Shown piece after piece: positions 1-10,970 of a stretch of 32,000 bases of DNA. Source of the stretch: Zygophlyctis sp. KS116 (lineage: Eukaryota > Fungi > Chytridiomycota); contig BAAFSQ010000068.1 of assembly GCA_054661495.1 (NCBI GenBank), forward strand, positions 12,455 through 44,454. Reading direction: 5' to 3'. Made by a program: the position numbers and the translations under genes. The notes under the pieces were generated by a model. The model saw only the letters and a program-made list of their open reading frames with translations, was not told the origin of the DNA and ran no database searches. Every line of letters starts with the position of its first letter. Positions within the stretch are counted from its first letter, which is position 1.

Positions 1-609
1 CCAGATATTGGGTTTTGGAACTGTGTAAGACTGGCTACAGCTCTCGTTCCGTTGGTTAAACAGGAAACTAATGATGATCAAGTTCAACAAAAGCTACTTG
101 ATGTTCTGAAAAAATATCCAGATTATTTTGATTCTTATTATACAGATGAAATGTTGGAAAAATTGGGACTTTATAAGAAAATGGATTCAGATATGACAGA
201 GATTGTTTATCCTCTCTTGAATGTTTTAAAGGAGTTGAAAGTTGATTATACTCTATTTTTTAGATATATTTCCTCCAGTTCTGGAACTAGCTTTGGAGAT
301 ACATTTTTAGAAAGAATATCTAATCCTTTATTTACAGAATGGAATCTTAAATTTCAAAAACGGTTAGAAAACGAAGGCATGGATCCTAAAGAGCGATCTC
401 AAAAAATGTTGGCAAGAAATCCACTTATAATTCCTCGAAATCATCACTTATTGCATGTTATAAAGGAAGCAAATACAGGAAATTACACGCCTTTAGAAGA
501 ATATTGGGAGGCTTTACAAGAACCATTCTCTTCAAAATGGGATAAGTCAGTTTGGGCACAAGAACCAAGTCCTGAGAATAGTGGACTGAAATGCTCCTGT
601 TCATCTTAA
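1..609 (+). CDS. SelO/YdiU/Fmp40-family protein adenylyltransferase, 3' part (5' end lies outside the window)
   Basis: Frame is open from base 1 (PDIGFWNCVRLATALVPL). Family motifs DYTLFFR, NPLIIPRNH and LQEPF are present, and the C-terminus is CSCSS (TGC TCC TGT TCA TCT TAA). Confidence 0.9.
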   Translation, partial: PDIGFWNCVRLATALVPLVKQETNDDQVQQKLLDVLKKYPDYFDSYYTDEMLEKLGLYKKMDSDMTEIVYPLLNVLKELKVDYTLFFRYISSSSGTSFGDTFLERISNPLFTEWNLKFQKRLENEGMDPKERSQKMLARNPLIIPRNHHLLHVIKEANTGNYTPLEEYWEALQEPFSSKWDKSVWAQEPSPENSGLKCSCSS

Positions 610-636
610 TTCTGTTAAAACCATTTAAATTTAAAT

Positions 637-1652
637 TTATTGGTTTCTACCAAAATTAAAAAGCCTTTTACGTCTACAATTTAAAACAGTAGAAGAGCAA
701 CCAATTTCACTAGGTAATCCTGAATTTAGAGCATCAGTATTGGAAAAGTTATTCGCAGCCAGTCTTCTGCAAAATTTAGAAAGATGCAATCTTACATATC
801 TCTTAAGGCCTCCATACTCTGAATCGATAAAGGAATGTCTCCTGATAATAGATTGTCATTCAAATACCTAAAATTAATCTAAACTTTGATACAAATCCTT
901 CAAGAGCTGCAGATTTTCAATTTGGTTGGAAATAGTTCCATAAAACCTATTTTTTGATAAATCTCTAAATATTAGACTAGATTGAAATACAAATATTGCA
1001 GATTTTTCAAATTCCAAATTTCTGAGGGAATTTCGCAATTAAGTTGATTATTTTGTAGCAAACTAAAATTAGTCCGAATATAATATACAGCCATTCCAGA
1101 TCACCAAAATATCCAATCCAAGAACCTAGAGAAGAGAAATTATTGTTTGAAAGATTCAATATATTTAGATCGGACAAAAATCCGACTTGATCTGGTAGTT
1201 CCGATAACTGATTTCCACTCAAATCTCTTATGATCAAGTAAATAAAATCTTACAATATTTCTAAAGAAGTCAAAAACCCAATTTCTGTTGGGATTAAAGA
1301 GATCTTATTATTAAATAAAACAAGATTTCTCAAGTACACCAAGTTTGATATTACACTTGGTATCCCACCAGCCAATCTAGAGTTTGGCCATCTATAGTTA
1401 TTTAATGATATCTTACACAATTTCTACAACAAAATTCATCATACTACAAATAATCCCAGGAATCTTGCTTTGCTTATAATGGCAACATTGATCAGCCCCA
1501 ACAGTTTGTGGCTCTAACGGCGTATCACCTCCCAACTCTTTCCAAATTTCAACAACAACTGAACAATGAGATCGACCCATCGCAGCAGCAGTGCGATTTA
1601 CTACAATGGCAGATGTTTCTAGTAAGAAAAGTAAATGAATTAGATAATACAT
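637..1652 (-). CDS. Secreted leucine-rich-repeat protein, 7 exons
   Basis: Signal peptide MYYLIHLLFLLETSA, a Cys-containing cap (DQCC...IPGIIC), then LxxLxLxxNxL..IP repeats. Six 25-30 nt GT-AG phase-2 introns join the ORF pieces into one frame ending at TAA 637-639. Confidence 0.8.
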
Positions 1653-1793
1653 TAGCAATTACCAAGGGTTGGTGTGCATTCAATGACATTTGATCAGATT
1701 GTCTATTTTTGGAAAACATTCCATGTCGCTATTACTACATAGTTTGAATATAATTCCTTTGATCAGTATTGACAATGGCTGAGTAATCTCTAA

Positions 1794-1832
1794 AGAACGC
1801 GAAATCCGTCCGATTAGCCACTTTCGCGTTCT
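1794..1832. promoter_or_regulatory. Inverted pair of ACGCGAAA (MCB/SCB-like) elements
   Basis: AGAACGCGAAA (1794-1804) and TTTCGCGTTCT (1822-1832) form a perfect 11-bp inverted repeat with a 17-nt spacer, ending 22 nt before ATG 1855. Confidence 0.55.
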
Positions 1833-1854
1833 AAAACAATCCATTGAACTTGAA

Positions 1855-2794
1855 ATGATTGCATTATTAATGGTATCGAGCATGCTTTTTATGAACGTTA
1901 CAGCTCCTGGAAATTGTCGAGGATTTCCATGTTGTACAAAATCCGTTAATAACCCTTCTTATGATCCGAAAGGAACAGCATATGGCTTTGAGAATGGAGA
2001 GAGTTGTGTAAGCATAGACAAACTGATTATAGGTTGTATCAAATGTGGACCGGGTATTGCCAGCAGCCCCTCCTCCAGAGCCCAGCCCGAAAGCTGCGTT
2101 AAATTTAGGTCCTGGTTCGGTTAAATCTAGCTCCAGCACTACCTCTACGACTACCTCTACTTCTATTACATCCACTAGCTCCAGTTCTACTACTACTACT
2201 TCTTCTAGAACTACCTCTACTACTACGACGATTACCACGACTACTTCCACTACGCCTACCAGTTCAAGTGGCTCTACAACAGTAAGTAAAGTTGAGCCAA
2301 CGCCAGTGGTAAATGGTCAAATTCCTTCTTTCCCAGAATTACCTCTGCCGATTGCATCGTTGGATATTACTTGTGAATCCGCTAATACTATTTTAATTGC
2401 TGATCTGGAACAATGCGCTAATGCATTGGTAAATAAGGTACAGAATACGATTGATGCTGCCGATAAGACCAGTGTTGAAGTTGTGGACTGCATTTGTACC
2501 AGTCATTGGAGAGTCGGATCAAAGGAAGTTGAATTATCTCTAAAATCGTCCTGTAACGCTCCAGGAAACTTGACAAAATCAGAGTCACTGGAAATACATA
2601 ATGGGTGCAGTATTTTCCCTTATAGTTACTCGTCTATTATCAATGCGGCTGGTCTATATGCACGCTTATCTAATGGAGATTTGTACTTGCCTCTAACTCA
2701 AAGATCTGGCGCAGAAATGCTTAGACCTGAATTCTTATCTTTTGGATTTGGACTAACATGCCTTACTATTCTGTTAAAAGATATCATCATTTAA
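1855..2794 (+). CDS. Secreted, probably GPI-anchored protein: CBM10/fungal dockerin-like module, Ser/Thr linker, Cys-containing domain
   Basis: A 25-nt intron at 2008-2032 (gtaagc...ctgattatag) joins ORFs 1855 and 2045 in frame. Motif CRGFPCC-x8-YDPKGTAYGFENGESCVV. Hydrophobic N- and C-termini. Confidence 0.75.
2126..2280 (+). repeat. Low-complexity ACT/TCT-rich tract encoding the Ser/Thr linker
   Basis: Translates as SSSSTTSTTTSTSITSTSSSSTTTTSSRTTSTTTTITTTTSTT. Confidence 0.9.
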
Positions 2795-2826
2795 AAGTTT
2801 ATTTTCTCAAGTTTGAATAACATAAT

Positions 2827-4680
2827 TCAACTGTTACTAAGTCTAATTTTTATTTCCTGTCCAGTTTGAGAAACTTGTAGAATATCCTTTGTTGCTAAAA
2901 CTAAAACTTATTCTTTTAGTTTTAGAAATCTTACCATGATAAAAGGCTTGAGCAGCGACAGTTTTTGTAGAATCAGGAAGTAAATCATCCAAGAAGATCT
3001 GATTGCAATCAGTGTCTTGAAATATTTCTTTCAGATAATTGTAAAAGGAAAATGTTTCTTTTTCAAGAGCAGATTGGTCAGACACTTCTGTTATCGGATC
3101 AACATCTTTTATATTAGAAATCTGGAAATTACCAAAGAAATCCTGATCTTCTGTATATTCTTTTTCTGGAGAGCCTTCACGACTAATGTCAACTATCTCA
3201 AATTTCTTACCTGCGTTTGAACTTTACTTCATCCAAAGAAAAGGAATCAACTGATTGTTGAGAAGATAGTTTAGATACTTTGGAAACTGTTTTTAGAAGA
3301 AATGAATTTACCAGTGGATCCTGCATGAGAATGCCAAGGAAGTCTAGATGGCGTGTCAAGACTTGCGCTATAATCACTGATTGCATTTCTAAAAAGTTCT
3401 GGCTCCATACTGATATCCTTTTTACTATCATCAGGGGGTTGCGGAACATCGTAATCGGCAATATCTCTAAACACTTCTGGCCCCTCATCATAATTGATTT
3501 CAGCTTTGCGCTTTTTAGTTGCTGATTTATCTAAAGACTTTTTTGGAACAATTAAATCAAGAGGTATCCAAGTCTCTTTCAAATATGAACCAAGCCCTAC
3601 GTTTTAGTCCGAAAATAATTTACAAATTGGAGGCTCTTGCACCTGTTCCAAACACCATTCCCAAGAAATTATTTCAATTCTTTGATGACTAAAGCCTTTA
3701 ACTGTACCGCGCTGAAGCTCTGCAATTTCATCATTAGACAATGAAATTTCAGAATCAAATTGCAGCGCTTTTCTTTTTTGTCCTCTTTCTCTCTTTTTTG
3801 GTAATGGCTCAGACTTTTTACTTAAAAGATCCTCTTGTTCCAAATTTACACTTGCTTGATCCGATTTATGCGATCCAGTGATTGCACTGAAAGGATCCTC
3901 AAACAAATCATTCATCTGTATTATTAGTACTTTAAAATATTCTTACTATAAACGACGGACCTTCTAGGCCTGAATCTTCTGTTTTGCTAGTATCTCCAGT
4001 TATAGACTGAAATGAAAAAACATCAAACGGATCATTACCATTAGAATCATCCAGTAATATATCCTGCCCATCATCCAACTTAATCATTTCCTCCATTGGA
4101 GATTGTGGAAGAGTTATCGATTTGTTTGTTCGCGATACAGACTTCTTCACAGTTGGGGGTGCAGTTGGTAATGATGATTCACTACTTTGAGGAATCAACA
4201 TTGGCAATTTCAGCTAAAATTATATTAGAATGCATTACCTTTGTTACATCTAAAACTAATTCCAGAGGCAGTTCAATCCCTTCTTTGAGAGTAATTTGAT
4301 CTTGTCTGACCGTTTGTAGAGGCATTTCAAGATTATCAGATTGATAATGATAATAAGTATTTTTAACTCTTAGATAAACTGAATTAACATTTGCTATATA
4401 TAATTAGTAGTTTTAATATACTCAAGAAATACGTCGTTTGCGCCTCAAAGACTCTAGTCGTTCCCATCATTAAATTGCTCACTAGTCTCAAAGCCAATGG
4501 ATTGGGAGGATCAGCCAAAAACTCACTGCTATAAACTCAAATTTAAATAATACCAAGTCTTTGGAATGTTTATGGAAGAGATCTGCTTCTTATTCAACTT
4601 TCGACGTGGAAGAGTAGCTGCAAGCCTATCATTAGTCAATGCAAGTACCAAATCACTGCTAAAGATGAATCTTGAAACAT
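2827..4680 (-). CDS. REC8: Kleisin cohesin subunit, Rec8-type (meiotic), multi-exon
   Basis: Spliced N-terminus MFQDSSLAVIWLAATLPRRKLNKKQISSINIPKTCSEFLADPPNPLALRLVSNLMMGTTRVF. C-terminal winged helix VAAQAFYHVLVLATKDILQVSQ. The WLAAT and LRLxSNL motifs favour Rec8 over Rad21 (WLAAH). Introns include 4626-4648 (23 nt) and 2907-2934 (28 nt). Confidence 0.8.
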
Positions 4681-4692
4681 TTAATAAAGGTT

Positions 4693-5709
4693 TTAATTAG
4701 GCAATTTTGAGATTGGAAGCGGCATCACTAGACCTACCGCAAGTTCATTTCTTATTTCATATAACAACTTGTATGCATTCTTTAGTGTTGTTTCAGTACA
4801 TCCAGCGATTCCAGCAATCTCTTTTGCACTTTTTGGTTCTATAGATAAACATGATACAAAATAAAGACATGCAGCAACTAGAGTAATTGGAGATTTTCCT
4901 GCCAAAATTCCATTTTCTGTTACTGACCGTGATAAATGCAAAGTTCCCTTGATCACATCTTGTTTTAAATCTAAAGCGCTAGAGAATCTTATAACGCATG
5001 CATCTAATTCAGAGTCTGTATTTTCAACACGAGTAACAAAGATTGGTTGTAACAACTTGTAACATTTTCCAATATCTTTTTTACTAACCTTGAATAAGCA
5101 AAGAAAAGAAATACTTTTGTTAACGAACAAATTTCTTTAAAAGTTCTTGCGACCCGATGCTCTTTACAAGCAATATAGATGCATGCAGCAATAATACTTT
5201 CTACGCCTTTGCCCTTTAATAATTTTTCTTCATCAACCTGTTTGATTAATGGTATATTTTAACCTTTTTAAAGAATTGTTTGGCGCTATCCTTTACAATC
5301 CTAGATAGCCCTATTCCATCACTCATTATATCAATTTGTTTAAATGCATTCAATAGATTCTTTTGAGCTTTTCCGACAACTTTAACTTGAGTTTTGGATA
5401 AATTCAAACTAGCACCAGAGCCCCCATCCATTTTCCCAATGATTGTTGAATCCAACTCACCTTCTAAAAGTGGGTCAGTGGATGCACCAACTCTGGAAGA
5501 GTCTTTAGCTCCGTCATCATTGGAAGCAAAATTCCTCCATTCTATAAATGATTAAAAATCTCTCAAATACCAGAACGAGTGTCAATTACTCTATTTCCCA
5601 ATATTAAACCACAGGTGCCACAAATCAAATCCCCAGCTGTAAAGTCTTCCACAATGTTTGGGACAGGATCCTGACAGTCCCTGCACATTAGCCGAAGATT
5701 TAAATTCAT
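4693..5709 (-). CDS. SUA7: Transcription initiation factor TFIIB
   Basis: Zn ribbon CRDC...CGTC, B-reader SEWRNFASNDDGAKDSSRVG, and two cyclin repeats (AACIYIAC; GKSPITLVAACLY). Three introns of 26-29 nt. Confidence 0.95.
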
Positions 5710-5743
5710 TCTTGACAAATGATCTTAAATTCTTGGGGTTTCG

Positions 5744-8700
5744 CTAGGAGTGCGAGTGAATTATAAGGCTAGGCTCTTTTGCAATTTCTTTTGGTCCATG
5801 TCGGCATCGGCATTCTCTTTTGGAATTTTTTAGATTTTCCTTCAAGTAATCAGATGCCATTCTGCATGCTCCTCTCTTTGCATCCTTTCGTGTTTCTGCA
5901 GTACAAGTCCCAATAATTCTTGAATGAAAAGAAATGTTGCATTCAAAAATATTAAGTACTAAATCAACTTCAAATCTAAAATTAAGTTTTGAATAAATTA
6001 CCTTATTTTAGTCATGGTGCATTGAAAGTCCTTGTTAATAATTGTAAGAAAGTCTGAAATAGGATTCTTGTCCAAATTACCACAATTCAAGGATCTAGAG
6101 AGTTCAAATCTTGACCACCAACGATTTATAAGTGTTTTTTCAATGACATTATATACAGCTTGGATATTGAATCCTGAGTCTAAATATATCGCTCCAAGTA
6201 AAGCTTCATAAATATCTCCAGCAGCTTTAGGTGCACAAGTTAAATCATCCCAAAAAAATGGTTTAAGACCGTGAATGTCGGTATTATGTTTTGGACTTGG
6301 TAAAGCTTCTAGAATCTCTATACCGTCGCTTAAAGGATGTTTTAGACTTTGATTTGGATTTAGAATTTCAATAGATTCATCGAAAATACAATCTTCTGAA
6401 CCATTATACTCTTCTTTAATAAGAGCTTCATTCACACATGATTCAAGAGTTTGATCATCAATTCCATCCAGGTCAATGACATCTCCTTCAAGGACTAAAC
6501 TAATGTCAGAATTAGGGAGTTCAATAGCTTTGCTAAACTTGTTATCCGCGGTTTGATCTATCATAACCGCATCAAGTTGGATATCTTCAATTGGTTTAAT
6601 TGCGGTAGTTTCATCTCTTAAAGTAGTATCTTCGAGGAGATTTGGCGCATCGATATTCATTTCTCCATTTGGGAATTCATCAAGGATCGAGTCATCATCA
6701 GAATCTTCATCAATTACAATAATTTCATCAGCAGTGGCCTTTGGAACGGTCTCTCTTAAGCTTTCTTTCTCCACCATTTCAGTCTCAACTATTTCCTGAC
6801 CAGACATTTCTTCATCTTGATTTTGAGATTGTTCTACGTCATTTTCGCTTTCTATAGGCTGATTCTGGCGCTCTAGTGCTTGGGCGACAATAGCAGAGCT
6901 TCTAAAATTCTTTTCGCCGACACTGGTCTTTATTCTTTTTCTCGGTACCCAGCCAAGATCATTCTTTAAAATATCCAGCTTTTTCTCTAATTCAGCAGAG
7001 AATAGCATTAATGATTTAGCCAAAGGAACGCTCATATGATCTAGTTGTTTATGCAGGTCTAAAGAACATGCAACTGTCGCCAAAAATTGATTATTTACAA
7101 GAGCAGAACGATATTCAGTGAGTAAACGAGGAGTCATATCTGGATATTTCTTGTATAGCCAATGCATGATAATATAACCTAAAATTGCATCACCTGAAAA
7201 TAAATATACTATATCAAATTACCTAAATACTCCAAGCGCTGATAACAGAATCCAACACCGTCCACATTCGGGCCCAAAGAGCTAGGATGTGTCACAGCCT
7301 CTACTGCGTAGCGATAGTCATTAAATTTGTAATCAAACTGTTCCTCGATTTTTTGGATAGTTCTTTTCATTCGATTGATATATACACGACTCTGCTGAGA
7401 TTCAGATTTTCTAAAATGTTTCTTCCATACGGGTAAGTAGTCACCCAAATCAAATTTAAATTCTTCTCCTAGAAAACGATGAACGGCTGTAGCTCCTCCC
7501 CTTTCTCTTGAATCAACTATGCATGCGCCAATCACCGCTTCAACGCAATCAGCTACACATTTATCAGGCAAATATTGTGTTCTTTTACGTGAGTTAAGCG
7601 GAGGAAACCAATCAGATCGCTTCATTTTATGAAAAAGAATGGCTCCCTGTAAGTCTTGCAAAGTTCCCATTGTATGTAAATGCGTATTTCTTTCAACCGA
7701 ATGCCTCGCAACTGTTAACCAGCCTTTAATTTAACTTGACAAAACATACCTTCATGACGATTTGGATGAAGAACAAAATAATGCAAAGCCAGATGCATCT
7801 TAAGAAAACTGTCCCCAAGAGTTTCAAGCCGTTCGTAATCATATGATATTTCAACGCAAGGGCCAGTAAGGGCGGGTCTTAAGGTTTCCAGCGTGACCGG
7901 CAGTTCCTTCTTAAAATTGGTTCCTGATTCAGACTGAATACTTCTAGGTATCCAGCCTTTTTTAACTTCTAAAACTAGCAAATTGTGGTGCAGATGATAC
8001 AACATAAGCGGGAGCCTAGGAGCTTCATATCGCATAATCGACGCTGGGACGGGATGAATCGAACAAAATTGAGGAATTACAAATGTATCTGGCCGATCAT
8101 GATAAATTGCTGGTACAGTGAGAAATGGAAGAATAACTGGAGCCACGGAAAAGATTGGTTGGTTCTTGATAATATCACCCTTATATTGTAAGCGATATTT
8201 GTAGTAGTCTGCGGGAGTCTTGTGCTTCCCTAGAGAATTAATCGGAATATCTTCTGAAAAAGGATTATACTGATTTAAAAGATCAGTTACGAAGTATCTT
8301 CGTTTGTAATGAATATGATCATACAATACCAATTCTGCGAAGTCCCGCCTTTTAAAGTCTTCAGAATTGCAAAGTTCGTTCATAGGGTTCTTTGGCTCCT
8401 TTCTCATCAATTCCAAGAGCTCCATGTCTAGCATTAGATCAGCGTCCTTTTCACCATTTTTATAGGTTATTGGGGCTATCAATAGTGTGAATTTGTCATC
8501 AATATTAAAATTACTTCGTAGGATTGATGAAAAGATATTATAATGAAATTCTTTTATCAGATCAAATTTTTCTGCAGTGACTTGGATTTTACCAGCTATA
8601 GGCCGAACGTAGGCCGAAACTTCTTCCCCTTCCATTAGAAAGCTGAAGCTGATAGGTGGGATAGGATGATCTGAAGGTGTCAAAAGTCCAACTCTGAAGT

Positions 8701-10900
8701 CCTTTTTAGGAATACCATTTTCTTCCAAGCTTATAACATGAAACGTCGCATTAACAACGTCAGTTTCCCAAGCGGTACCAAACAGGGTAGGGTTTCTATA
8801 TGTACATTCATGAACTTCAATTGTTTTCGGCGTTTTTGTTGTATTTTGCATTATGACTAAACGATCAGGTCGATTGGGACGTAATCTATCGTCTAGTTCA
8901 CCAACGAAGAAAAGGCGTTGAATCGCTTCAAAACTAACCCATTGCCGTGCTTGCTTCTTTGTTTTTGATGGCTTTCCTGTTACTTTGCGGCACTCTTCCG
9001 GAGTATTTAGAGGCATAATGAGAGTAGAAACGTATTTTCGGGTAGTACACCCTTCTGAGTCGTTTTCTTCTGTCTCTTTCACCTCCAATTCCATAAACTC
9101 TGGTTTTGAAACAGCATATCCATCGTTTGGCAATGTATTGCAATAATTGTGGAGAAGAGAGAGTGCTGAATATATGCTTATACACGACCCTGTACTTTCA
9201 ACCATAAATATCTCGTCTTGCTTCATCGGTATGCTATTCAAATCCAAATCTTTGTCCGTCTTTTCCTTTTCATTATATAAAATATTTTTCATATTATTTT
9301 CTTCTAGTTGCATGCCTAAATTCAATCAAAAAATCATACATGCTAATAGTGAGGCCTCCTCCGGGTTGGACTTCTTTGAAAGAACAACAAAAACAGAGTT
9401 TTTATGTCTTGCTCTTCCACGTGATTGTATATATGCTGCAAGATTTACAAACATATCAAATCTTATTACCAATATGCAAGATTGAATATCTAAACCTTCT
9501 TCTGCCACTTGCGTCGCAAATAAAAGATTTATTTGCCCGTTTCTAAACTTTGTCATTATATCATCTTGACCTTGTATTGACATATTAAGTGTGGAACTAT
9601 CAGAAGATCCATGACCTACAATCACTCCTGGCCGGATCCAATCCAGCTTCTTCGAGTATTTTACAACCATTGCAAGAACACATGCAGTCCATCGCTGTCT
9701 ACAAAACACAATCCCACAAAACTTATTTCGAGTAGGCCTAAATGTTTCTAGAACTTTTAACAATGCAGAAACTTTTGGAGATATGTTTTCAATTGAAGGC
9801 GGTGGTGTATTATCACCCAAAGACGTACAGTTCCTTATATATTCATCGAGTTTTTCAACAATCTTTTCCATTTCTTCAAAGTTTTGATTTTCATCTTTTT
9901 GACGACTCTGAAATCTAGAATACTTGAGCTTTGTTGCTGCATCATGAATTGAGAGTTCCAACATCCTTTCTGCAGGCCATGGGCCCAGTTCATCATTTAT
10001 ACTAATTGCTTGCGTCATTGCCCTATTTAATTGAGGAATACATCCTCCCTGTAGATCCAACATTTTAAGATATAAATTAGGATATTCATTCCTTGGAGCC
10101 TCTTCATAGTATTGTATATATTCTGTTGGTCTAGCTACAAAATCAGACACCTTGCATGTATGTGCTTTTGCCAGCAAATTACTTTCTAGTATTCTAATTT
10201 TTGTTATTTAAAATTTAAAAACCTTATTGAATCTTCTGTATTTTCCTTTGAAATTAGAGGAGATGCTGTCATCCCAAATATTTTTGGTTTGTCTGATGAA
10301 TGCAGATAATGCTGAGACATGATCAACTTATAAGCGTGATTTCCTCTAGCATAATGAGCTTCATCAAAAACAATCAAGTTCAGCATACTCATCTTGACAA
10401 AAGACCTATCCAGCATATGTTTAAAAATATCTGGAGTAAGCACAATCACATCCGCTTCCTTGAGTTCGTTATTCCATCTTTCATCATCCCACTAAAACAT
10501 TTAAATTAATAAAAAGTACATAATCTAGACACATTGCACCATAATAATGCTTTACTCGTAAATTTAAATTAAGTCGCAGATATTTAGATTGCTGCGATAC
10601 CAGTGGCACTTTTGGAACCAACTACATATAAATAATTTCAAATCATACAAAAACAGATAATCTTGACTGCTTATTTGAAAAGTCGATATTATGCACATGT
10701 TTGATGATCAGACATGATATGAGAGTTTTACCGGATCCTGTGTCTAATACTGCGATTACATTCCCTGCCATTGCTTTTTGGAACATTTCCATCTGATAAG
10801 CCCGTGGGACCGTTGCTCCGGATTCTTCATGCTCATCGATCGTCAGTAATGATGAATCAAGTGTCTGGAATTCTCTAATGCCAAAGGAATGTGAGCTCAT
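5744..10900 (-). CDS. Dicer-like protein (helicase, DUF283, probable PAZ, RNase IIIa, RNase IIIb, dsRBD)
   Basis: Helicase motifs PRAYQ, DTGSGKT, DEAH, GMTAS, EEGLD and QSRGRAR. DUF283-like SALSLLHNYCNTLPND. RNase IIIa YERLETLGDSFLK...ADCVEAVIG. RNase IIIb YQRLEYLGDAIL...GDIYEALLGAIYLDSG. The last exon encodes a dsRBD with terminal ECRC, stop TAG 5744-5746. Introns include 9316-9339 (24 nt). Confidence 0.95.
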
Positions 10901-10970
10901 GAAAAGTGAATTGCGGTTTAGGGGACTGTTCTTTCAAGAGTGCACTAGTAAATCAATTTGTCTAAATTAT

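Noticed and set aside
592-660. Selenocysteine recoding in SelO
   Set aside because: The C-terminus is encoded TGC TCC TGT TCA TCT TAA, with Cys codons and no in-frame TGA. No SECIS-like hairpin is evident in the 27-nt spacer.
1867-2250. Val/Glu-rich minus-strand ORF
   Set aside because: It is the antisense shadow of the Ser/Thr linker. The other short antisense ORFs in the track are likewise shadows of real genes.
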